A stretch of 64,000 bases of DNA from Chloroflexota bacterium (GCA_964291655.2 OZ219802.1:704001-768000); one strand, 5' to 3'. Positions 1 to 10,223 are shown, numbered from the stretch's first letter. The notes: generated from the letters alone by a model not told the origin. Numbers and translations are program-made.

Positions 1-1
1 G

Positions 2-235
2 GCCCGCAAGCTCCTGCTCCACAAAGACCAAATCGGCACCTTGTTTCGGCATACCCAAATGAAGGGACAAACGGTCATCCCGATCCGGCTCTACCTGCGC
101 AACGGTCGGGTCAAGGTAGAGATTGCGGTGGCGCGCGGCAAGAAACTCTACGACAAGCGGCAGGCCTTGGCCGCCAAGGACGCCCAGCGCGAATTGGACC
201 GCGTGGCGAAGGATTATTCCCCCGGTCGCTTGTAG
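2..235 (+). CDS. smpB: SsrA-binding protein SmpB (5'-truncated by window edge)
   Basis: Frame open from nt 2: [11 protein letters not shown]...[30 protein letters not shown]; typical SmpB C-terminal motifs RKLLLH and GKKLYDKR. Confidence 0.95.
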   Translation, partial: ARKLLLHKDQIGTLFRHTQMKGQTVIPIRLYLRNGRVKVEIAVARGKKLYDKRQALAAKDAQRELDRVAKDYSPGRL

Positions 236-604
236 CGCTCAGCCATGCAAGGGGACCCACTTGCGAAAGCTCCCGCACATGCGCGCAGTCCTTCCGCCAT
301 TGTTGGCCGTACCCCGCGCTTAGCGTCTTGTCGCGTGTACGTCCTTCGGTCAGGATCTCCCATTTTCAAGAGTCCAGCTTTCGCGTCCGCGCTGGTATAC
401 TGTACGCACTCACTGTACCTCTCGGCTTGTCATTGACATAGGTGCTACCTATAGCTCTGTAAGCACGCTTGTATCACTCGTGTTGGCCAAAGGCTCACGC
501 AGGTGGCCGGTCGCAAGGATTGAGCCGATGCTGAGTGGCATAGTGATCGAATTTGCCCTGCTGACCAACAGACAGCGTATGTAAGCGAGAATTGGAGAAC
601 TGTC

Positions 605-1771
605 GTGGATGAAATTCGTATCGGCCTAACCGGACTCGGCGCGCGTGGCCGCCACTGGTTGAAGATGTTGGACAACTTCAACGGCTATCGCGTGACGGCG
701 ATCTGCGACCCGCTCACTGAGCTGCATGAAATGTCGCTTGAGCCGTTGAAAGAGCCGGAATCGATAGCGGTCTACGACAATTACGAAGACTTTTTGGCCG
801 ATGACAATGTGGATGCCGTAGCCCTGACGGTCCGCTGCAAGGAGCAGGGCGCGCTGGCGGCGCAGGCGCTGGAAGCCGGCAAGCACGTCAATTCCGAGGT
901 ACCGGCCGCGCACACGATGGAAGACTGCTGGCGTATTGTGCTGGCAGCCGAGCGCAGCGGCAAGATCTACCAGCTTGGCGAGCAGCGCCGCCACTCCGGC
1001 GAGTTCGCCGCCTGGCGCGAATTGGTGCGAGAGGGGAAGCTGGGCAAGATTACCTTCTGCGAAGGTCAATACATCGGCTACAAGGAACCGGCGCGGTACT
1101 ATCGGTTGCGCGGCTCGGCGCAGCTCGTGCCAATTGACGATGTCGCGAATAACCCCGATGCTGAGCCATCGTGGATCAATCTCATGCCGCCCATTCACTA
1201 CCTACCTCATGAACTTAGCCCCATCCTCATGGTGCTCGACGATCGCGTCACGGAAGTCACCGCCATGAGCACCCGTTCGCCGAGTTACATCCATAGCGAA
1301 ATCCAGCAACCGGACATTCAACTGGCCATCATGAAGACCGCCAAAGACACGCTCATGCGCCTCGCGGTCTCCTACACGCAGCCCACGCCGCCCCGCGACA
1401 ACCACTGGTGCCACATCATGGGAACCAAGGGATCAGTCGAATTAGCGCGCTCACTGAAGGATTCGCCTAAGTTGTGGTTGGCGGACGCCCAAATGCACGA
1501 TCACGCTGAAGTGGATTGGAAACCGCAACGCACCGACGCGCCCGCGGAAGCGCGCGGCAGCGGCCATAGCGACACCGACTATTACATCCACGCTACGTTC
1601 CGCGATGTGGTGCTCCACAACGTGCCCCAAGAGTTCGACGTCTACAAGGCGATGGACACGGCCGCTCCTGCCGTCCTTGCTTCGGAGTCTATCGCGCAGG
1701 GCAGCACGCTCATGCAGGTGCCCGACTTCCGGCCTGGGCCCAACCGGCGCAAAGGCGAGATGCCAAGGTAG
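605..1771 (+). CDS. Gfo/Idh/MocA family NAD(P)-dependent oxidoreductase
   Basis: N-terminal IGLTGLGARG Rossmann motif; ALEAGKHVNSEVP; GSGH near C-terminus; RBS ggag before GTG. Confidence 0.85.
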   Translation: MDEIRIGLTGLGARGRHWLKMLDNFNGYRVTAICDPLTELHEMSLEPLKEPESIAVYDNYEDFLADDNVDAVALTVRCKEQGALAAQALEAGKHVNSEVPAAHTMEDCWRIVLAAERSGKIYQLGEQRRHSGEFAAWRELVREGKLGKITFCEGQYIGYKEPARYYRLRGSAQLVPIDDVANNPDAEPSWINLMPPIHYLPHELSPILMVLDDRVTEVTAMSTRSPSYIHSEIQQPDIQLAIMKTAKDTLMRLAVSYTQPTPPRDNHWCHIMGTKGSVELARSLKDSPKLWLADAQMHDHAEVDWKPQRTDAPAEARGSGHSDTDYYIHATFRDVVLHNVPQEFDVYKAMDTAAPAVLASESIAQGSTLMQVPDFRPGPNRRKGEMPR

Positions 1772-1880
1772 AACTACACTCCTAAACTCTACTTGTAATT
1801 GGCCATCCTCGTGAACCGATCATGATCGGACGTCATGGCCATGTGACGGTAACTCTCATGGGTACAGCGCAAAGTACTCC

Positions 1881-1950
1881 GTCATTCCCGTGAAAACGGG
1901 AATCCATCTTCACCGCCCACACCCCGGATTCCGGCTTCCGCCGGAATGAC
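1881..1950. repeat. REP-like inverted pair of the GTCATTCCCG..CGGGAATCC family
   Basis: gtcattcccgtgaaaacgggaatcca ... ggattccggcttccgccggaatgac; a second right half lies at 63809-63834. Confidence 0.8.
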
Positions 1951-2107
1951 GGTCTCGCAGCCGGCCACCACTCCCGTTCCGGAGTGTGGTCCGGACAAGG
2001 CCGCGGCGACTAACGCTTGTGCGACACTTACGGGAGGGGCATGGGACGCCAAACATATCAAGATTGCCCGAATAGAGACGCTCTTTGAACGAAGGAGCCA
2101 TCCAACG

Positions 2108-3199
2108 ATGAGCAGCAGTCCTCCCGCCTGGGTCACCTACCCTGAAAAAGACTGGACGATCATCACTCCTGCGGGGGCCGGCCTCGATTCCCGGAGGTTT
2201 GAAGCGTGGCTGCGCACCTTGGGCTTTCACGGCGCCAACTTTGGCGGCGAGGACCACTCCGGCAACAAGTGGGGCATGATGCTCACCCGGGGCGGCTACT
2301 GTGTGCATACCTGGGGCGATCCGCACTACCGCTTCCAAACCGCTTCCATGGGCAAGGCCTTCATGTGGGTCCTACTCGGCTTGGCGGTGGAGGACGGTCT
2401 GCTGGACGTCGATGCGCCAATTCATGAGACGTGGACGGGTGAAGGCGAACTCTCTCACCCCCACAAACACCTAAACGAAGGCAATCACAGGAATCTCACC
2501 TGGCGGCACATCATTGGCGAAAAATACGGCCGCACGCATCAGGGCGGCTTTCCCATGGAGATTGGCAGCGCGTATGCCAAGGGACGCGCGGGGCTCAGCC
2601 AAGAGGAGGCCGACAAGGTGTGTCCGGCCTGGGCGCATTGGACAGGTGATCCATTCTACGATCTTTACTCCCACGCCGCGCCCGGCACGCAGGAGCATTA
2701 CAGCAGCGCCGGCTTCTGGCGGATGGGACAAGCGCTGACCCACGTCTGGGACCGCGACCTCAAAGACGTGCTGGACGAGCGGCTCTTCGGCAAAATCGGC
2801 ATCGCGCCGGATAGCTGGGATTGGTACACCGGCGAAACGGTGCAGTCACAGCAGTCATTCTATCCCACAATCCCGGACTCCTACACCTACCTCGATCCGC
2901 CGTATCGCGTCAACGGCCACGTGGTGCGGAGCGGTCCCGGCTGGGCAGTCATGTGCGCCGCCGACATCGCCCGCTTCGGCCACCTGCTCGCCACGCAGGG
3001 GATCTGGCAAGGTGAGCAACTCATCGACCCCCAATGGCTGCGCGGCCACGGCGGCGGCAACCGCAGCGGCGTCAGCGGCGAAAGCACCTACTACACCGCC
3101 CTGGCTCAGGTCACCACCGAAGGCGTCGTTCACGTCCACGCCAGCGCCAAGACCAGCTTCCTGCCAGCAGAAGTGATTGCGGGACCGGTGCAGGTCTAA
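2108..3199 (+). CDS. Serine hydrolase, beta-lactamase/class C-like family
   Basis: SxxK motif (TASMGKA), HYSSAG, MCAADIARFGHL..QGIWQGEQLI; ATG 2108 follows gaaggag RBS (track ORF starts further upstream at 1946). Confidence 0.8.
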   Translation: MSSSPPAWVTYPEKDWTIITPAGAGLDSRRFEAWLRTLGFHGANFGGEDHSGNKWGMMLTRGGYCVHTWGDPHYRFQTASMGKAFMWVLLGLAVEDGLLDVDAPIHETWTGEGELSHPHKHLNEGNHRNLTWRHIIGEKYGRTHQGGFPMEIGSAYAKGRAGLSQEEADKVCPAWAHWTGDPFYDLYSHAAPGTQEHYSSAGFWRMGQALTHVWDRDLKDVLDERLFGKIGIAPDSWDWYTGETVQSQQSFYPTIPDSYTYLDPPYRVNGHVVRSGPGWAVMCAADIARFGHLLATQGIWQGEQLIDPQWLRGHGGGNRSGVSGESTYYTALAQVTTEGVVHVHASAKTSFLPAEVIAGPVQV

Positions 3200-3279
3200 G
3201 GCAGCATATGGCTGCCGTGGGGTTGTTCAGACTGCTGGAGACCCCCAAACACATCCATCATTGCCCTCCGCCTCATCCG

Positions 3280-3302
3280 GTAGCGCAGGTTTGCAACCTG
3301 CG
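3280..3302 (+). repeat. GTAG-type REP palindrome
   Basis: gtagcgcaggtttgcaacctgcg; near-identical copies at 21083-21105 and 62995-63144. Confidence 0.75.
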
Positions 3303-3716
3303 TCCATCTTTCCGACCCAGCAGCTAGAAATCAATTGGCGATGCACACTGTTTGCTGAAACGCTAAGAAACGGGCCTCGGATAGTGCGCGCTTGACGGCT
3401 GACGGTCGCCCCCATCTGCGAACTGTAGCGCGGGGGCTTGTCCCCCGCCTCTTTGCGCCAAAGAGAAAGCTACTCCGAGCTATGAGCTCTGTAGGGTGGT
3501 TTTGCATCATATGCCCACCCTCTGGGCGAATGCAGCCCACAATAGCGCTCGTTATTTTGGTGCAAGCTGAATGGATGAAGTCAAATTGCTAGAAAACTCG
3601 ATTGGTCTGAACACGCATTTCCGGCGAGAGCTGCGCTTGTAGCCGCAACGTGAAGTCAGGGGCAACAGAGATTTCTCCCTGAGAAGGATCGCTGCTCTCT
3701 AGAATTCTGCGGTCAA

Positions 3717-4073
3717 TTAGCTTTCCAACTCTCTCAGTGCTTCCGGCAGGGTGAACGAACCGTCTTCATTCGGCGGGAAGTCGATAACCTCCAACACGGC
3801 ATCTATATTGAGTGGACCGTAGATGTGCGGGAAGACATTCTCGCTCCCCGACGGGCTTTCGAAGCGTAGCGGCGCAATCAAGCAGTCCGAATCTATGCAG
3901 AGCAGCACCAGGTCTTGCTGACCGCCAAAGAGAAAGTCCGCCACCCTTGTAACCAGGTCAGGTCGGGAGCAGTGGATGAATCCCTGTTTGGCAAGCGATG
4001 GAGCCGTGTAGATGCCTGCCTGCTGTACCGATTCCCAAGCGGTACGCTGCGTAATGTGGAGAATGAGCGCCAT
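3717..4073 (-). CDS. DUF952 family protein
   Basis: ILHITQRTAW...SLAKQGFIHCS...FPHIYGPLNIDAV motifs. Confidence 0.9.
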   Translation of the reverse strand: MALILHITQRTAWESVQQAGIYTAPSLAKQGFIHCSRPDLVTRVADFLFGGQQDLVLLCIDSDCLIAPLRFESPSGSENVFPHIYGPLNIDAVLEVIDFPPNEDGSFTLPEALRELES

Positions 4074-4197
4074 TGTGAGACTCTCTGCCTGCTGTTCGCG
4101 AAACAAGCACGAGTTCTACCTGTCTCGCCCAGTATACAGGCAAGAATAGTGTGGGCACAGGGTGCACGGCAAGTAAGCAAGAAGGTCAATGCAGAGC

Positions 4198-4998
4198 TCA
4201 GTCCAGTTCATTCTCTGTGGATAGAATGAACGCGTCTTGATCCGCCCGGTTACGCAGCCATGAAACCGGCGCATCTTCCGTGAGGATCCCTGCCGTGCCG
4301 CCGTGCGCCGCCAGTTCCGCCGCGAATTGCGCGGCCAATCCCTGACCTACCTGCGTGCCCGTGCTCAAGGCGAAATCTACGGTGACACATTGGTCGATGC
4401 CAAAGTAGTTGATTCCGCTTAGCTCGCGAAACCGATGTCCCATGGGAGCAAACCAGTCGTTGCTTATTTTGCTGTGGTGGCTGTTGCCGCACCAAACGAG
4501 TAGTTTCGTTTCTGTTGATAGCCCATTTAGAGTGTCGACGAGACTTCGCGCCTGCTGCTCTTCGCGCCAGTTAATGCTTTCCGCAGCCACGTCGCTGAGT
4601 GTAGGTCCCTCTTGCTCTTCTTCCCAGACTATACTCTCTGTTTTCTCGAGTTCCGCAGGGTGGGCATCATAATCAGCTTCGTACGGTACCAAAGTCCAGC
4701 CGAGGTCGAGCGCTGCTTGTATGTACCGCCGCATCTCCGGTTGCGCTAAGTAGCCCTCTTCAGATTCGGTCGGTACGCGCCGCGCCTTATTCGCTTCATC
4801 GGCAAATGAGTAAGGCCACAGCGCCTCCATGGCGAGGTGGCGCACGCCGGCTTCATGGGCCGCAGGTAAGATGCGCCGACCAATCTCGCGCGTACGGATG
4901 CACCGCTGAATACCGCTATGGGCCTCATTCATCATCACAACCGTGGACCGCACAAATCCGATTGTGACCAACTCCTCAGGGCTGCGCCAAACAGGCAT
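4198..4998 (-). CDS. Hypothetical protein, probable EreA/ChaN/TIKI-like fold
   Basis: 266-aa ORF with motifs MMNEAH, LAMEAL, NWRE and VWCGNSH spaced like the EreA/ChaN metal-binding motifs. Confidence 0.6.
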   Translation of the reverse strand: MPVWRSPEELVTIGFVRSTVVMMNEAHSGIQRCIRTREIGRRILPAAHEAGVRHLAMEALWPYSFADEANKARRVPTESEEGYLAQPEMRRYIQAALDLGWTLVPYEADYDAHPAELEKTESIVWEEEQEGPTLSDVAAESINWREEQQARSLVDTLNGLSTETKLLVWCGNSHHSKISNDWFAPMGHRFRELSGINYFGIDQCVTVDFALSTGTQVGQGLAAQFAAELAAHGGTAGILTEDAPVSWLRNRADQDAFILSTENELD

Positions 4999-5161
4999 AA
5001 TTCCAATACTCCGGCTCGCTTGGGGCGCAAACTTGCACTTACCAAAAGTCTAACAATTCAATGAAGTGGCTGCGGTCGATTAGGAATAGCGATTGTAACT
5101 GTGGGTATGGGATTGCCTCGCTAGCACATACGCGCGTTTCGCACAGGCCTTTGACCGCAAG

Positions 5162-6718
5162 TCAGAAACGCAAGGGACGACCAGGGGCAGGAAGAACCAC
5201 CTCAATATCGTCGTACTCAAGCCCCTCCTCGAAGAACTGAGGCTTCTCAGTGTGAATTGGAACGAGCTGTTGCGGTCGGATCTGTCGGATTATGTCGATT
5301 AGCTCGGCACCGCTGGCGTGGCCGGAGGCGTGCAGCTTCACGTCTGAGGCTTTGTCCAGACCGTGGGCTTCAATGTTGAAGTGCGTTAGCCAATTGCGCA
5401 GCCGTTGGTGGTCTATTTCCATTTCTTCGTTGAAAGCCTCGCTGCTGGAGTAGATGTACGCTGCCGGCACGTTTTCCAAGCTCGACAACTCATTAATATC
5501 CCAAAAAGAGAAGCAGAGAATATACTGGCTGGGGTTTTCACGAATTTCTTCGGCACTCACCACCATGGCGTGATGTCGCTCAAGAAGCTTTTTCTCCCAC
5601 GTATCTGACTGAGCGCGTGCCTTTTGGTAAAGCGCGAAGTCTGCCTCCGACCCTAGGTCTGGCACCTCGTCGGGAGCCGCACGGTGCATCGCTTCCAACA
5701 GGTACGCATCTTTGTTGAGAATAGCGAGGCGTCTTCCTGTCTCTCGTGCAATCGCGTGGAAGATCAGAAGCCGTTCCACGTTTCGAGGCCCAAAGTCGGC
5801 AAAGACAAGCTTCCCTTCTGCCAGACTCACGAGCTCGGCGGCCCTTTCGTGCACGTCCTGTTCTGTAGTGCCAACAACATCATCGGCGCCGCGTGTACCT
5901 TCGCAGATCAGGACAATCGGCTTGAGCGCCGCCAATGCATCCACTGCGTGCTGGGTCTGGTCACCGCGCCGGCCGTGCAAGCGAATATCTCCGGTATATG
6001 CCACCCATCCAGCGGATGTCTCCACAGCAAACGCTGCCGCGCCATAGATGGAATGGTCGACTGGAAACCACCGCAGCTTGCTGTCCGCGCCAATTGAGTC
6101 GCCGGCTACCTCCACTGGCACAGGCGCCATTTTTCTTCTCGCTTGCGGCATCTCGTTCCAAAACTGCTCTCCATTCAAGGAAAGTTGCCCGTCGAGCAGG
6201 CGCAGCGGACGCTGCCACGCCGGTGCACCGCGAATGGATTGCAGTACGCCGTCTTTGCTCTCGCGCGGAGACGCATAGGTAGTGTCCGCTTCAAAGCCCG
6301 ACCTACCACTGTCCTGAACGGCTTTGGAAATCAGCGCCGTCAGCGCAGTAGTGTAGACAGGAATGTCGAGGCGTAGGAATGATACGGAACCGGTATGGTC
6401 CAGATGCGCATGGCTCAACAGCACGCCGTCCACATGATCCACCGTGCGATAGAGCGGCTTTGACTGCCACAACCCCCAAAAACCTCTGTCCGGCTCCAAG
6501 TCGGGTCGATAGATTCCTTGCAGGGGCGGCAATAGTCCGGTCTGAAAATAATCGTGCAAACCGAAACCCGATCGCGGCTTGAGGAACTCCTCGAAAAATC
6601 GCCCCTGCACCTTGAAAGAGGTGCCAAAGTCAAAGAAGAGGCGGGTTAGGCCATCCTCAAGCAGGATCTTATTGCCACCTATCTCTTCACACCCACCATA
6701 GAAGTACAGTTCAGGCAT
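5162..6718 (-). CDS. MBL-fold/beta-CASP metallo-hydrolase (RNase J-like)
   Basis: GGCEEIGGN, SHAHLDH, VDHSI, YTGDIR, EGT, HASGHAS and PIHTE motifs. Confidence 0.85.
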   Translation of the reverse strand: MPELYFYGGCEEIGGNKILLEDGLTRLFFDFGTSFKVQGRFFEEFLKPRSGFGLHDYFQTGLLPPLQGIYRPDLEPDRGFWGLWQSKPLYRTVDHVDGVLLSHAHLDHTGSVSFLRLDIPVYTTALTALISKAVQDSGRSGFEADTTYASPRESKDGVLQSIRGAPAWQRPLRLLDGQLSLNGEQFWNEMPQARRKMAPVPVEVAGDSIGADSKLRWFPVDHSIYGAAAFAVETSAGWVAYTGDIRLHGRRGDQTQHAVDALAALKPIVLICEGTRGADDVVGTTEQDVHERAAELVSLAEGKLVFADFGPRNVERLLIFHAIARETGRRLAILNKDAYLLEAMHRAAPDEVPDLGSEADFALYQKARAQSDTWEKKLLERHHAMVVSAEEIRENPSQYILCFSFWDINELSSLENVPAAYIYSSSEAFNEEMEIDHQRLRNWLTHFNIEAHGLDKASDVKLHASGHASGAELIDIIRQIRPQQLVPIHTEKPQFFEEGLEYDDIEVVLPAPGRPLRF

Positions 6719-6920
6719 GTGGAAGTCCTGTCAAGTAATTCCTAATCGCCAGTACTGCCAAGTCAATCCCTTTCACCTTTCTGTGAAACGCTAAAGAGAT
6801 TGGTGGGGAACGCGAAGAACACCCCAAACCCGGCCCTCTCCCCCAAGGAGAGGGGGTCTCTTTCGACCGCCCGCTTAGGCTGTCGCCAGCCTTGATTTTG
6901 CAACGGTCTCCAAATGCAAT

Positions 6921-6948
6921 GTAGGGGCGGTTCGCGAACCGCCCCTAC
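6921..6948. repeat. GTAG-type REP palindrome
   Basis: Perfect palindrome gtaggggcggttcgcgaaccgcccctac. Confidence 0.75.
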
Positions 6949-7027
6949 ATCATACTATTCCTATTGTCGTCAAGCCCTATTGGCTGGCAATGCTTGTTAG
7001 CTCCGCCGCTCTAGCCTCCATCCATGT

Positions 7028-9139
7028 CTAGATGAACAACGGCGCCAGTACCAGCGTAATCGTGGAAAAGAGCTTGATAAGCACGTGGAGGGACGGACCC
7101 GCCGTGTCCTTGAGCGGATCGCCAACCGTATCACCGACCACCGCCGCGTGATGGGCCACCGTATTCTTGCCGATCACATTACCGTCGGCATCTTTCAAAT
7201 GGCCTGCCTCGATGAACTTCTTCGCGTTATCCCACGCGCCGCCGCCGTTATTGAGGATGGTCGCCAGGATAATACCGGACATCGTACCCACCATCAGAAA
7301 CGCCGCTTCCGCCTCCCAGCGGAGCACAACGCCGACAGCAATCGGGGCCGCTACCGCGAGCAGGCCGGGCAGGATCATTTCGCGGAGGGCCGAGCGTGTC
7401 GTAATATCCACGCAGCGCGCGTAATCGGGCCGCACGGTGCCTTCCATGATGCCGGGTTCCTCTGCGAACTGGCGCCGGACCTCCTCGATGATATCACTGG
7501 CCGCACGCCCCACGGCGCGGATGGCCAGGGCGCTAAAGAGAAAGACCACCATAGCCCCAATGAATCCACCGATAAAGACCTCGACCTTTACCAAGTCCAC
7601 CTGGATCGCCTCATGGGGCAGGCCCGTCATGTGCCGCACCTCATCGAGAAAAGCCTGGAAGAGCAGGAACGCCGCCAGACCGGCGGAACCGATCGCGTAG
7701 CCCTTGGTGAGGGCCTTGGTCGTGTTGCCTACCGAGTCGAGCTGGTCTGTGATTACACGGGCCTCTTCCGGCGCATCCGACATCTCGGTGATTCCGCCGG
7801 CGTTGTCCGTAATCGGACCGAAGGTATCCATGGAAAGCACGTAGGCCGCGCTCATGAGCATGCCCATGGTCGCTACCGCAGTCGCGTAGATGCCCTTCAC
7901 CGCCGAGCTGACACCCTCCACCTCGGCCAGTGTGCCGAGCCAGAACGAGAGACCCAGCGCCAAGACAATTGCCAGCACCGACGTGGCGGTTGTTTCGAGT
8001 CCAATCGCAAAGCCGCTGATGATATTCGTGGCCGGGCCGGTCTTGGAAGCTTCCGCAATCTCTTTCACCGGACGCCAGCTACCGGACGTGTAGTACTGGG
8101 TAATGTACACAAAAGCCAGACTGGTCAGAATGCCAACGGTGCCTGCCCAGAAGAACATCAGGTCTTCCAGCAGATAGTAGACCGAAACGAACATGAAGAT
8201 GATTGAAAGGACCGTGATGACGTAGTAACCCTTGTTGAGGGCATTCATTGGGTTTGCCGGATTGGCGCCACGGGCCAGCATAACGCCGACAATGGACGCA
8301 ACCAGTCCGAACGCACGCACGATAAGCGGGAAGAGCACCCATGCCAGATTGTTGGTTGCAACCGCCAGGCTCGCGCCCAAAATCATCGCACCGATATTCT
8401 CTGCAGCCGTCGACTCGAAGAGGTCGGCGCCGCGGCCGGCACAGTCGCCGACATTGTCACCCACCAAGTCAGCAATGACCGCCGCATTACGGGGGTCATC
8501 TTCCGGAATGCCCTGCTCAACCTTGCCCACCAAGTCCGCGCCGACGTCGGCGGCCTTCGTATAGATACCACCGCCCAGCTGCGCGAACAGCGCCACAAAG
8601 CTGGCGCCAAAACCAAAGCCGACAATGCTGCTTACAACCGAAAGGGAATTATCCGGCGTGAGGTTATTTCCGCCATAGACCAACAACATCGCGCCGACAC
8701 CGATGAGACTCAGCGCCACCACGAGAAAACCGGATACAGCGCCACCGCGCAGCGAGACCTTCAGTGCCTCTTCCAAGCTCGAACGCGCCGCGTTGGCCGC
8801 GCGTCCGTTGGACTGCACCGCAATATACATGCCGACAAAGCCGGAGATACCCGAACAGATCGCCCCTACCAAGAAGGCCACCGAAGTCTTGATGCCAAGT
8901 TCGACATCAGATGCAAAGTAGCCGATGATAGCGCCAATCACGATCGCCGCCACAATCGCCAGTACTGCGATCGTGCGGTATTGCCGATTGAGGAAGGCGG
9001 TTGCACCTTCGAAAATCGTCTCCGCGATTTCCCGCATCTGCTCGGTACCGCGATCACGCCGCAACACATCGTACGCAAGCCAAATTGCGAAAATCACAGA
9101 AATCAGACAGGCTATGGGGACTGCCCAGACAAGTTCCAC
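7028..9139 (-). CDS. hppA: Membrane-bound H+-translocating pyrophosphatase, K+-independent type
   Basis: GGGIYTKAADVGADLVGKVE, EDDPRN, DNVGDCAG, GNTTKA, GGAWDNAKK, GDTVGDPLKDTAGP; GTG 9139 after ggagg RBS. Confidence 0.95.
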   Translation of the reverse strand: MELVWAVPIACLISVIFAIWLAYDVLRRDRGTEQMREIAETIFEGATAFLNRQYRTIAVLAIVAAIVIGAIIGYFASDVELGIKTSVAFLVGAICSGISGFVGMYIAVQSNGRAANAARSSLEEALKVSLRGGAVSGFLVVALSLIGVGAMLLVYGGNNLTPDNSLSVVSSIVGFGFGASFVALFAQLGGGIYTKAADVGADLVGKVEQGIPEDDPRNAAVIADLVGDNVGDCAGRGADLFESTAAENIGAMILGASLAVATNNLAWVLFPLIVRAFGLVASIVGVMLARGANPANPMNALNKGYYVITVLSIIFMFVSVYYLLEDLMFFWAGTVGILTSLAFVYITQYYTSGSWRPVKEIAEASKTGPATNIISGFAIGLETTATSVLAIVLALGLSFWLGTLAEVEGVSSAVKGIYATAVATMGMLMSAAYVLSMDTFGPITDNAGGITEMSDAPEEARVITDQLDSVGNTTKALTKGYAIGSAGLAAFLLFQAFLDEVRHMTGLPHEAIQVDLVKVEVFIGGFIGAMVVFLFSALAIRAVGRAASDIIEEVRRQFAEEPGIMEGTVRPDYARCVDITTRSALREMILPGLLAVAAPIAVGVVLRWEAEAAFLMVGTMSGIILATILNNGGGAWDNAKKFIEAGHLKDADGNVIGKNTVAHHAAVVGDTVGDPLKDTAGPSLHVLIKLFSTITLVLAPLFI

Positions 9140-9140
9140 G

Positions 9141-10223
9141 TTACTGTGTACCTCCCGTCGTTGGCACGACACTCTGCTTCAACACCTCGCTCAAGGCGCT
9201 GAAGAATATTTCCATTTCTTCTTCCGTTCCAATCGTAATGCGCAGGTAACGCTCCAAACCGTGCTGACGGAAGTAACGCACCAACACCTTCTGCGCCCTT
9301 AAGGCTTCATAAACGTCAACCGCCGCATGCTGCGTCGGCTCAACAAAGAGAAAGTTCGCGTCAGAGGGATAGACTTTGCAGGGGAATTCCTGCGCCAACC
9401 TGCGAGCTACGCGTTTGCGGCGGGCGCCGATCTCCGCACAAACTGTCCGCATCCACGCGTAGTCATCCAGCGTTGCTACCGCAATCGCCTGGCTCGGTCG
9501 GCTGACACTGTAAGAGTCTCTGAGCTTCCACATGGGCTCTAGCAGTTCCGGCCGTCCGAAGGCATACCCGACGCGAACTCCCGCGAGCCCGAAAGACTTG
9601 GACATGCTTCGCGACACAATTATGTTGTCATACTGTTGTACCAGGGGCAAGGCAGAGGCCGAGGCAAAGTCAACGTATGCCTCATCCACGACCACCAAGC
9701 CCGCACACTTTTGTGCCAGTCGCTCGATCTGATCGGGTGGCGTAAACGTGCCCGTCGGCGAATTAGGATTCGAGATAGCCGTGAGCGTTGCCTGCAAACC
9801 TGCCAGTTCGTCAATCGGCACCGCAAAGTCGGGTCCCGGTTCTACGGTCTGGATGACGGCATCTTGCATGTGCGCCCAAACTTCATAATACGGATACGTA
9901 GGAAAGGTGTACGCAACGGTCTGCCCCCGGTCTACGTAAGCGCGAAAGATGAGATTGAGGATCTGGTCCGAGCCGTTATCTACATAGATCCACTCGACGT
10001 CAAGCTCGTAAATCTCCGCCAGCTTGTGGCGCAAGTCGCGCGCCAAGGGATCAGGATAGCGTGAAAGAGCCTGATTGGCTTGGCCTTCAAGCGCCGCCAG
10101 TGCCTTGGGCGAGGTGTGTGGGTTCTCATTCGTATTGAGCTTCGTCCACCCGGTTCCCTGGGGCTGCTCCCCGGGAATATAGGGCGACATCTCCTGGACG
10201 GCTTTTCGTGGGGCCGGAATCAC
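9141..10223 (-). CDS. hisC: Histidinol-phosphate aminotransferase
   Basis: KLNTNENP, RYPDP, NPNSPTG, DEAYVDF, SMSKSFGLAGVRVGY, LRITIGT. Confidence 0.93.
   Translation of the reverse strand: MIPAPRKAVQEMSPYIPGEQPQGTGWTKLNTNENPHTSPKALAALEGQANQALSRYPDPLARDLRHKLAEIYELDVEWIYVDNGSDQILNLIFRAYVDRGQTVAYTFPTYPYYEVWAHMQDAVIQTVEPGPDFAVPIDELAGLQATLTAISNPNSPTGTFTPPDQIERLAQKCAGLVVVDEAYVDFASASALPLVQQYDNIIVSRSMSKSFGLAGVRVGYAFGRPELLEPMWKLRDSYSVSRPSQAIAVATLDDYAWMRTVCAEIGARRKRVARRLAQEFPCKVYPSDANFLFVEPTQHAAVDVYEALRAQKVLVRYFRQHGLERYLRITIGTEEEMEIFFSALSEVLKQSVVPTTGGTQ

Noticed and set aside
236-604. tmRNA gene expected near smpB
   Set aside because: No GGGG 5' end, tag reading frame or tRNA-like 3' end is visible
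1946-2107. N-terminal extension of the serine hydrolase in the ORF track
   Set aside because: It overlaps a REP element, and ATG 2108 has a better RBS
7085-8206. 373-aa + strand ORF
   Set aside because: Antisense shadow of hppA caused by GC-rich codon bias; the same applies to 10602-11546, 18357-19190, 21153-22013, 24543-25370 and 36561-37784
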